Below the pieces are notes generated by a model that was not told the origin of the DNA, ran no database searches, and was given only the letters and a program-made list of their open reading frames with translations. Below, piece by piece: positions 57,239 through 64,000 of a DNA stretch of 64,000 nucleotides (the first letter of the stretch is position 1; each line of letters opens with the position of its first letter). This DNA comes from an uncultured Bacteroidales bacterium (GTDB lineage Bacteria; Bacteroidota; Bacteroidia; Bacteroidales; VadinHA17). The stretch spans positions 607,572 to 671,571 of the forward strand of contig CAWFKI010000005.1 of the NCBI GenBank assembly GCA_963816345.1, read 5' to 3'. The position numbers were made by a program, and so were the translations under genes.

Positions 57239-60037
57239 ATGATCCGATATTCAGGATTTATTGTCATGCTTATAACTGTTGCCGTTTTATTATCCGGCTG
57301 CAAAAGCAAAAGCAAAGACATCTATATTATCTCTGCTCCCGCAGGGAGTTTATATACGGGAATAAATAAAGATGGCATAACTGTCATTCCTAACGGCCGG
57401 TTACTTACACCCGCAGGAAAGAGCCTTGAAATTGCACCGCATCCTTTCGGTCTGATTCTAAGCAGAGACGGGAAGACCGCGGTTACAGCTAATTCAGGGA
57501 TAAATCCTCTTTCAATTTCAATTATCCGCAATATAACCTCCTCCCCGGAGATTATTCAGGTTCCACCCGGCTACTCTACAAACAAAGGAGTTATTGAATC
57601 CGTATTTATGGGTCTGGCAATCTCACCCGCAAACGATAAGGTTTATGTCTCTGCAGGACAGGATAACAAAATCCTTGTTTTTGACCTGGCAACAGGCCGT
57701 AAGACAGATTCCCTTGACTGCTCCGTATCGGAAGATGGGACCTCTTACCCCGATGGATATATAGGTGATATGGTTATCTCAGGAGACGGGAGTCACATCT
57801 TTGCTGTTGATCAGACAAATTTCCGTCTGATAATAGCAGACACCCGCCGGATGAAGGTGATTAATTCCGTACCTGTCGGAAGGTATCCATTCGGTGTTGC
57901 ACTTACCCGTGATGAGAAAAAGGTCTATGTGGCAAATGTCGGCATGTTCCGCTATAGCAAGATTGGAAATATCGAACAGGCCTCTGATTACAGTAAAGCC
58001 CTTAATTTTCCTGCTTTTGCGTACAATACCGTTGAGATGAGGAACGGAATTTTCAATGATTCGGTGAAAATTCCGGGACTGGGAGATCCGAATAGCGATC
58101 TTGCCTTCTCAGTCTGGGCGGTCTCGGTTGAAGACCTGTTGCACCCCCGGGTGGTTGCAAGGATCAAGACAGGAAACCTTGTGGGGCAAATGGTGGAAGG
58201 TATTCCGGCTGTAGGCGGATCTAGTCCGAATTCACTTGTAGCTACAGCTGATTATCTTTTTGCAAGCAACGGGAATAATGATAATATAACAGTAATTGAT
58301 ATTAAAAAGGATTCGGTAGTAAAAGAGATCTTTTTAAAGCCTCATGAGGCTGTAAAGCATTTTCGCGGGATAATTCCGTTCGGACTTGCAGTCTCACCGG
58401 ATGAGAGAAAACTCTTTGCAGCTGAGGCCGGTATTAATGCCGTTGCGGTAATAGATCTTCCATCCTTTGTGGTAAAGGGTCACATTCCCGTTGGCTGGTT
58501 TCCTTCAAAGATTCAGGTAACGCCTGATGGCAAAACGCTTATTGTTGCCAATGCCAAGGGCTTTGGGAGCGGTCCTAACGGAGGCAGGAATTTTATAGAG
58601 AAAGAGGAGGGTACCTATATAGGAAATCTGATGAAGGGTACAGTTTCCATTGTTGATATCCCCTCTGAAAGAGAGCTGAAAAAGATGACTGACCTGGTGA
58701 TCAGCAATAATTTTCTGATAGAAAAAGCAGGAGAGAAAAAAGCGGGCAGGGTGAATAATCCTGTTCCTCTGTACGGAGGTGAAAAGGAGTCTCCCCTTAA
58801 ATATATTGTCTTCATTTCCAAGGAGAACAGGACTTATGATGAAATATTCGGGCAGAATGTCAACGGGGACGGAGATTCTTCAATTGCTAGATACGGAAAC
58901 CATGTTTCCTTTTCAAACAGGGCAGGAACCAGAGTCGTAGAGGATGCAAGCGTGATGACCAACCATCTCGTGCTTGCTTCGCGCTTTGCCATGGCTGATA
59001 ATTTTTATGTCGACTCCGATGTTTCGGCAGACGGCCACCGGTGGCTGGTAAATACTTACCCGAATGAATGGGTTGAGACATGTACGCCCGCAGCCTATGG
59101 AGGGAACAGGGATTACCGTCCCTCATCCAAAGCTCCCGGGAGCCTGGCCATGAATGGGTCTGCAGGTGCAATATTCCCGGAGGATTATAATGAGTCGGGC
59201 TCAATGTGGGACCATCTTGAAAGGAATAAAATAGACTTTTTTAATTTTGGTTTCAGTGTGATGTTCGAACCAGCATTTTACGATGCTTCCTATAAAAAGA
59301 CAGGCATAAAGCAATTTGCGAACTTTCCTGTACCAACACCTCTGTTCAACAGGACATCAAGAAATTATGCAACGTATAACATGGGTATTCCTGATCAGCA
59401 CAGAGTGAACCAGTTTATAGGGGAGTTCAGGGAAAAGTGGATGGGAGAGGGGAAAAAAATGCCTCAGATGCTTACCGTAATAATTCCGAATGATCATGGT
59501 GCCGATGAACGCCCTGAGGCGGGGTATCCCTTCAGGGAGAGCTATATGGCAGATAATGATTTTGCTGTAGGCAGGATAGTGGAATTCCTATCCCATACCC
59601 CTTACTGGAAGCAGATGGCAATTATTATCACCGAAGATGATGCCCAGAATGGAGTCGACCATATCGATGCTCACAGGAGCATTCTCATGGTCGTCTCCCC
59701 ATATGCCAGAAAAAATTATGTCAGTAAAGTGCATTACAGCTTCGGAAGTATATTCAAGACATTCTGGGATATTCTGGGTCTTCCATACCTGAATCAATAT
59801 GATGCCGGGGCAACGGACCTGTCGGATATGTTTACGGTAGATCCCGATTTTACTCCATATACAGCCATGCCGCCAGACAAGAGGATCTTTGATCCGGAGA
59901 AGGCGCTTACTCCCCTGGATGAAAAATTCGACTGGAACGCCCTGAAGGAATCACCTGTTCTTGATGATCCGGAGGAGATGCCAATTGATCAGAAGGAAAG
60001 AGCTGTTTACAGGACTGAGGATCAGAAGAAAAAATAA
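57239..60037 (+). CDS. Lipoprotein fusing a YncE/YVTN-type beta-propeller to a phosphoesterase (PLC/AcpA-like) domain
   Basis: It has a lipobox (LLSGC). Repeated propeller blades are present (KVYVSAGQDNKILVFD, KVYVANVG, KLFAAEAGINAVAVID, TLIVANAKG). The phosphoesterase blocks are IVFISKENRTYDEIFG and ITEDDAQNGVDHIDAHRS. Confidence 0.75.
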   Translation: MIRYSGFIVMLITVAVLLSGCKSKSKDIYIISAPAGSLYTGINKDGITVIPNGRLLTPAGKSLEIAPHPFGLILSRDGKTAVTANSGINPLSISIIRNITSSPEIIQVPPGYSTNKGVIESVFMGLAISPANDKVYVSAGQDNKILVFDLATGRKTDSLDCSVSEDGTSYPDGYIGDMVISGDGSHIFAVDQTNFRLIIADTRRMKVINSVPVGRYPFGVALTRDEKKVYVANVGMFRYSKIGNIEQASDYSKALNFPAFAYNTVEMRNGIFNDSVKIPGLGDPNSDLAFSVWAVSVEDLLHPRVVARIKTGNLVGQMVEGIPAVGGSSPNSLVATADYLFASNGNNDNITVIDIKKDSVVKEIFLKPHEAVKHFRGIIPFGLAVSPDERKLFAAEAGINAVAVIDLPSFVVKGHIPVGWFPSKIQVTPDGKTLIVANAKGFGSGPNGGRNFIEKEEGTYIGNLMKGTVSIVDIPSERELKKMTDLVISNNFLIEKAGEKKAGRVNNPVPLYGGEKESPLKYIVFISKENRTYDEIFGQNVNGDGDSSIARYGNHVSFSNRAGTRVVEDASVMTNHLVLASRFAMADNFYVDSDVSADGHRWLVNTYPNEWVETCTPAAYGGNRDYRPSSKAPGSLAMNGSAGAIFPEDYNESGSMWDHLERNKIDFFNFGFSVMFEPAFYDASYKKTGIKQFANFPVPTPLFNRTSRNYATYNMGIPDQHRVNQFIGEFREKWMGEGKKMPQMLTVIIPNDHGADERPEAGYPFRESYMADNDFAVGRIVEFLSHTPYWKQMAIIITEDDAQNGVDHIDAHRSILMVVSPYARKNYVSKVHYSFGSIFKTFWDILGLPYLNQYDAGATDLSDMFTVDPDFTPYTAMPPDKRIFDPEKALTPLDEKFDWNALKESPVLDDPEEMPIDQKERAVYRTEDQKKK

Positions 60038-60052
60038 AAATGGGTCAAAGAG

Positions 60053-60136
60053 CTCAGGGCGAAGGGCGCCGGGCTCAGGGCGCAGGGCTCAGGGCTCAGA
60101 GCACAGGGCTCAGGGCAAGGGGCACAGAGCGGAGAG
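60053..60136. repeat. 7-bp tandem array, 12 units, consensus CNCAGGG (complement of the CYGTGCY/CCCTGNG family)
   Basis: I parsed this in register: ctcaggg cgaaggg cgccggg ctcaggg cgcaggg ctcaggg ctcagag cacaggg ctcaggg caagggg cacagag cggagag. It begins 16 nt after the stop at 60037. Confidence 0.9.
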
Positions 60137-60140
60137 ATAT

Positions 60141-60167
60141 AAAAAAGGGTGCCTTTTTGAGACACCC
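60141..60167 (-). terminator. Rho-independent terminator of the RRM/cold-shock transcription unit
   Basis: On the minus strand, the hairpin GGGTGTC-loop-GGCACCC (60147-60167) is followed by a U6 tract (A6 at 60141-60146 on the plus strand). It lies 26 nt downstream of the stop at 60193. Confidence 0.6.
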
Positions 60168-60192
60168 TCCACTGGTATAATTCTGAGTAAGT

Positions 60193-60390
60193 TTATTCTA
60201 CTCTTCTTACTTTAATAGCTACAGGTCCTTTTTCTCTCTGCTCTACCTCAAACTCTACTGTCTGACCCGCCTCAAGTTCGGTATGTGAAACCTCTAAACC
60301 AGAACGGTGGATAAAGATATCCTTTTCATCTTCTGTTTGAAGGAATCCATAACCTTTTACCCTGTCATACCACTTAACAGTGCCTTTCAT
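60193..60390 (-). CDS. Cold-shock domain protein (CspA family)
   Basis: 65 aa with RNP1 KGYGFL and RNP2-like IFIHRS. GTVKWYD is at the N-terminus. Confidence 0.9.
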   Translation of the reverse strand: MKGTVKWYDRVKGYGFLQTEDEKDIFIHRSGLEVSHTELEAGQTVEFEVEQREKGPVAIKVRRVE

Positions 60391-60410
60391 AGTTTTAGAT
60401 TTATTATTAC

Positions 60411-60734
60411 CTACCTGTAGTTATCTCTTCTGTTACCTCCGCCACCTCCTCTGCGGTCGTTATCTCCGCCTCTGAAATTACTTCTTCTGTCAGTTCTTTC
60501 GATAGATTCATTAACAATGATATTCCTACCGCTTACTTCAGCACCATTTAATTCTTCGATGGCTTTCTTTGCTTCTGCATCATTCGGCATCTCAACGAAA
60601 CCAAATCCTTTACTTTTACCAGAGTATTTGTCAATAATGATTTTTGCGGATGTCACTTCGCCATACTCTTCAAAGATTTCCTTTAATTCTGCTTCACTCA
60701 TTTTAAAATGAAGGCTTCCTACGTAAATGTTCAT
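60411..60734 (-). CDS. RRM-type RNA-binding protein with Arg/Gly-rich tail
   Basis: It has RNP2 (NIYVGSL) and RNP1 (KGFGFVEM). The C-terminus is RGGDNDRRGGGGGNRR. Confidence 0.9.
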   Translation of the reverse strand: MNIYVGSLHFKMSEAELKEIFEEYGEVTSAKIIIDKYSGKSKGFGFVEMPNDAEAKKAIEELNGAEVSGRNIIVNESIERTDRRSNFRGGDNDRRGGGGGNRRDNYR

Positions 60735-60984
60735 AGTTCAAATATTAATGTATTTATAAAACAGTGACAAAGGTCAGATTTATTTTTGAAAACTAAAAAT
60801 AAATCATCATAATATATTGTATTTAAATAACTTTTTGACATCAGCCATTTTTTTTGGTCTGAGAATAAGCGGTCCCTTTCAATGTTAATATTGATAAAAA
60901 AACAAAGAATTTAGACTTTTGTTCAGGGGGTGACTATTTATTTATATAAACAGGATTTTTTACTCACCTCTTCCCGCAAACTAC

Positions 60985-61013
60985 AGGCCGGCCGGAGAAC
61001 CGGCCTCTTTTTT
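60985..61013. terminator. GC hairpin immediately after the NYN gene stop, with the T-tract on the plus strand
   Basis: AGGCCGG (60985-60991) pairs with CCGGCCT (61000-61006). A T6 run follows at 61008-61013. It abuts the TAG (61015-61017) of the minus-strand gene. The orientation of the U-tract fits a plus-strand transcript better, so it may act bidirectionally. Confidence 0.5.
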
Positions 61014-61014
61014 C

Positions 61015-61788
61015 CTACTTCCAGTTCCTGATATAGATATGCTTAATATGGTTCTGACCTGATTCTCTTTCATCTATTTCAAAATCAAGTGATCTGATCA
61101 ATGGGGTAAGCTTGGGAAAACCGAAGTTCCTGGGATCAAAATCAGGTTGTTTCTTGAGGATAAGGTTACCTACATCCCCGAGGTAAGCCCACCCGTTCTC
61201 ATCAGCCAGGTCGGATATAGAAGTTGCAATAAGCCGTTTTACAATACCGGTTGCTGCAAGCGGACCTGTTTCCTCGCTCTTCCTCTTTTTCACAACAGGC
61301 CTGCCTCTCTTCTGAACTGCGGGAACCTGTTCAGTTACAGCAGCCGGGGCTGTCAGAATTTCAAGATAGATGAACTTGTCACATGCCACAATAAAGGGGT
61401 GTGGTGTCTTTCTTTCCCCGATGCCGATCACTTTCATGCCGGCTTCCCTTAATCTGGTGGCAAGCCGTGTAAAATCGCTGTCGCTTGAAACGATACAGAA
61501 GCCATCTACCTTACCCGAATAGAGAATATCCATAGCGTCTATTATCATAGCGGAATCGGTGGAATTTTTGCCTCTTGTGTAACTGTATTGCTGAACCGGA
61601 GTAATAGCATTCTCCAGCAAAACGGATTTCCAGCCGGCCACGGTTGGTTTTGTCCAGTCTCCGTAAATCCTTTTAAATGTAGGGGTTCCGTATTTTGCGA
61701 TTTCTTCCAGCATACCTTTGACATTGCTGAAGGGGATATTGTCAGCATCAATCAGAACAGCCAGACGTAAATCATTTAATGTATCCAT
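61015..61788 (-). CDS. NYN (LabA-like) nuclease-fold domain protein with C-terminal OST-HTH/LOTUS domain
   Basis: The NYN blocks are AVLIDADN, YGDW and IVSSDSDF. The C-terminal ~75 aa (GWAYLGDVGNLILKKQPDFDPRNFGFPKLTPLI) is LOTUS-like. Confidence 0.8.
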   Translation of the reverse strand: MDTLNDLRLAVLIDADNIPFSNVKGMLEEIAKYGTPTFKRIYGDWTKPTVAGWKSVLLENAITPVQQYSYTRGKNSTDSAMIIDAMDILYSGKVDGFCIVSSDSDFTRLATRLREAGMKVIGIGERKTPHPFIVACDKFIYLEILTAPAAVTEQVPAVQKRGRPVVKKRKSEETGPLAATGIVKRLIATSISDLADENGWAYLGDVGNLILKKQPDFDPRNFGFPKLTPLIRSLDFEIDERESGQNHIKHIYIRNWK

Positions 61789-61888
61789 GATTTTAACTTA
61801 ATAATTTTCTGCAAGTTACTCTTTTTGGCCGCAATAATCATAATATCAGACGGAAGAACGGCATTTTATGCTATAAATAGCAGGCATA

Positions 61889-63451
61889 TCATATCCCGGT
61901 CTCCCGGGACATTCTTAGCATCACCACTCCGTGCCTTCCAACTTCAGAGGTGAATTCATACGAAAAGCTGCCAAGATCTGTCTGTCTCCAGAGATCCCTT
62001 AATTTCTGTTTTCCTGATACTCCCAGCTGTGACCACGATGCAGTGACCTTTGCTGCCTTTTCTCCCCGGTTAAAGAGACCTACTGCAATTGATCCATCCT
62101 CAAGCGGTCTTTTCCATACCTCCAGGTCACCAACTTTTGATACCCTGTAACCAGGCTTACCCAATGGGTCCTGATCAACCTCAATAATTTCATCATTTGT
62201 AAGAAGTCTCAGGGTAAAATCATCCATCCTCGTTATATCGCCGCTGAAGATCAGAGGGGCTGCAACAATACTCCAGAGCGATACCTGGGTGTATTGTTCG
62301 TTCGGGGTGAGAGGGGTGGGTACTGTCTGTCCCTTCCAGTTACTCAGATAGCCAAGAAGCAGGTAGTCAGGGTCATTCCATCCACCCGGTCCGGCATAAA
62401 GGTGAAGGCTGTCCCTGCTGTAAACGTCAAATCCATCCCTGAAAAGGGCAGTCCCTATTCCTTCGAAAGATCCGCCAAGATCACCTGCTGTCCGCCAGCT
62501 CTGACCCCCTGCCTGCCTGCCCCATTTCCAGACATCTCCCATTCCATACTGGCAGAGATTCAGGACAATGTCGCGATTCTGCTTTTTAAGGATACTGCTT
62601 ATCAGAATATAAGGCTTCTGAAGATCCGGAAGTGTGTCTGTCCGTGCAATATCCGAATATGAACACCAGTCATATTTCAGGAAGTCATAACCCCACTCAA
62701 CATACCTGGCCACATCCAGTTCCTCATGACCATAAGCCGCAACATGCCCTGCGCATGTCAATCTGCCCGGTGAGGTATAGATCCCGGCTTTTAACCCCTT
62801 CGTATGGATATAATCAGTGAGTGCTGTCATATCGGGGAATCTCCTGTTGGAATTGATCATTCCCCTTTTATCGCGCGGCTCTCCCAAAAGGGTTGAGTCT
62901 GTTGAACCTGGTTTCACTGACCAGCAATCATCAATATTCACATACATATATCCATGATCCATCATTCCTGAATTTACCATAGCATCGGCGGCATCGCGCA
63001 TGATCCTGTCCGTCACATGATTCTCCCAGACATACCAGCTGTTCCAGCCCATGTGGGGAGTCAATGCCAGAGTGTCGCCACAGACGATCCTGAACTCCCG
63101 TTCAGCTGTTCCGAGTTCATTGGTGACCCTGAATGTGGTATGATAGGTCCCCGGTGTCACAAGCGATCCTGTTATAATACCGGTCTGCCCGTTGCATGAC
63201 AATCCGGAGGGTATATTTAATACCTCGAATGTCATCGGTCTTTTCCCTGTTGCAGGAATTTTAAACAGGAACGGTGATCCTGGCCTGACTCCGAATATCC
63301 TTGTTCCGTTTATTCTCGGTTTAGGCGATGGTTCCGGGGTGAGGATTACTTTAGCTTCGGTGAGGGAACCTCCTGTTTTGTTAACGCAGGAAAAAGTTAA
63401 ACAGGCCATAAGCCCGGAGGCAACAATTTTCGTAAACACTATTTTCTTCAT
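61889..63451 (-). CDS. GH27-family alpha-galactosidase-like lipoprotein with N-terminal Ig-like domain
   Basis: It has a lipobox (LTFSC). The GH27 blocks are TPHMGWNSWY, YVNIDDCW and LKYDWC. The C-terminal Greek-key domain (LEVWKRPLEDGSIAVGLFN) is present. Confidence 0.8.
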   Translation of the reverse strand: MKKIVFTKIVASGLMACLTFSCVNKTGGSLTEAKVILTPEPSPKPRINGTRIFGVRPGSPFLFKIPATGKRPMTFEVLNIPSGLSCNGQTGIITGSLVTPGTYHTTFRVTNELGTAEREFRIVCGDTLALTPHMGWNSWYVWENHVTDRIMRDAADAMVNSGMMDHGYMYVNIDDCWSVKPGSTDSTLLGEPRDKRGMINSNRRFPDMTALTDYIHTKGLKAGIYTSPGRLTCAGHVAAYGHEELDVARYVEWGYDFLKYDWCSYSDIARTDTLPDLQKPYILISSILKKQNRDIVLNLCQYGMGDVWKWGRQAGGQSWRTAGDLGGSFEGIGTALFRDGFDVYSRDSLHLYAGPGGWNDPDYLLLGYLSNWKGQTVPTPLTPNEQYTQVSLWSIVAAPLIFSGDITRMDDFTLRLLTNDEIIEVDQDPLGKPGYRVSKVGDLEVWKRPLEDGSIAVGLFNRGEKAAKVTASWSQLGVSGKQKLRDLWRQTDLGSFSYEFTSEVGRHGVVMLRMSRETGI

Positions 63452-63502
63452 TTTATGAGGTCATTATAATTATTGAAACTAAGTGACTAAAGTGACTGGA
63501 GA

Positions 63503-63970
63503 TTACCCTTTCCGCTTTCCGGTCATTTCATCAATCTCCAGCCTGAGAATTACAGTCCTGTCAAGAACTTTTTCATCGTATGAAAAATCACTCCTGCCGG
63601 AATAATGTCCCATTATGAAGCCAAGACCCGTCAACCGGGATTCCCTGTCTGCTATTACGGATATTCTGCCAAAGCCAACAACACTGCTGAATTTCATACC
63701 CCAGTCACAACCGTTACCCCCTTCATATAATTCGTGATCCGTATCGAATTCAAAGCAGACAAGATTATTTTTCTTCATGATATCAAGCTTTCTTCCCTCT
63801 TTTGCACAATGAAAAAAAAGGCATGGCTGGTCGCCACCTTTATAACCGAAATTCATTGTTACAATATATGGCGTGTTATTGTCTGCAAAAGCAACTCTGC
63901 ATACATCTGACCGTGAGATTATTGATTCCATGTCACGGATTTCATTGAGCTCTCTGTCACTTCTCCTCAT
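63503..63970 (-). CDS. Pyridoxamine 5'-phosphate oxidase-family flavoprotein (NimA/general-stress-26-like split barrel)
   Basis: 155 aa. MRRSDRE at the N-terminus is followed by a split beta-barrel pattern (CRVAF..NTPYIVTMNF...FHCA.EG.K) typical of this family. Confidence 0.8.
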   Translation of the reverse strand: MRRSDRELNEIRDMESIISRSDVCRVAFADNNTPYIVTMNFGYKGGDQPCLFFHCAKEGRKLDIMKKNNLVCFEFDTDHELYEGGNGCDWGMKFSSVVGFGRISVIADRESRLTGLGFIMGHYSGRSDFSYDEKVLDRTVILRLEIDEMTGKRKG

Positions 63971-64000
63971 TTTTACAGCTTAATTATTCTTATCTGTTCA

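Noticed and set aside
59961-60215. 84-aa ORF with an Arg/Gly/Ala/Gln-rich repeat.
   Set aside because: It is a translation of the CNCAGGG heptamer array. It overlaps the end of the 932-aa gene, the terminator and the Csp gene end, so it is not a credible gene.
1-64000. Search for tRNA, rRNA, tmRNA, RNase P or riboswitch signatures, transposases or integrases, and SusC/SusD pairs.
   Set aside because: I found no T-loop/acceptor patterns, no rRNA-like conserved blocks and no DDE or tyrosine-recombinase motifs. I also found no TonB-box/plug plus SusD-like ORFs. Absence is based on visual inspection only. Infernal, tRNAscan-SE and HMM scans would be decisive.

Overview
This looks like a chromosomal segment from a Bacteroidota-type genome. 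The evidence is TTTG/TAnnTTTG promoter architecture, many SpII/SpI signal peptides, a fused E1 alpha-beta 2-oxoacid dehydrogenase, and dense CAZyme content. I saw no rRNA, tRNA, CRISPR array, transposase or integrase.

Gene content, in order:
- 0.1-16.7 kb: glycan-degradation and sugar-catabolism block. It holds a clan GH-A hydrolase, an SGNH esterase, a DMT sugar transporter, a GH140-like enzyme, a TIM-barrel isomerase, a Gfo/Idh/MocA enzyme, a CE7-like esterase, two Tat-signal enolase-superfamily enzymes, a GH35/42-like enzyme and an RraA-like protein.
- 16.7-17.8 kb: a 1.07 kb non-coding gap full of GC-rich triloop hairpins.
- 17.8-20.8 kb: MacB/FtsX-type ABC pair.
- 20.8-26.6 kb: heparinase II/III-like lyase, cupin and GH28-like operon, then a second GH140-like gene.
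- 27.2-35.8 kb: an apparently more AT-rich block. It holds an esterase-TPR protein, two PAS histidine kinases, a MazEF-type toxin-antitoxin module, a NOX/ferric-reductase-like flavocytochrome and rsgA.
- 35.9-45.5 kb: an uncharacterised polyol/sugar-phosphate cluster with two Zn-ADHs, an isochorismatase, a PfkB kinase, an aldolase/SDR fusion, a PHP-like protein, two HAD phosphatases and a class II aldolase.
- 45.5-50.8 kb: RND efflux operon.
- 50.9-54.7 kb: E1ab and E2 2-oxoacid dehydrogenase.
- 54.9-60.0 kb: GntR regulator, Tat-signal Gfo/Idh/MocA enzyme and a YncE-propeller/phosphoesterase lipoprotein.
- 60.2-64.0 kb: cold-shock protein, RRM protein, NYN-LOTUS protein, GH27 and a PNPOx-family protein.

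Most unusual signals:
1. A dispersed family of 7-bp tandem arrays (CYGTGCY and its complement) sits in four intergenic regions. Two copies also share an inverted 17-nt core, and several satisfy a G3N4 G-quadruplex pattern.
2. At least nine frameshifts are concentrated in only five genes, while much longer genes are intact.
3. Enolase-superfamily dehydratases and an RraA-like aldolase all carry export signals, which suggests an extracytoplasmic sugar-acid route.

All functional calls come from motif recognition in the supplied translations. No database search was run.
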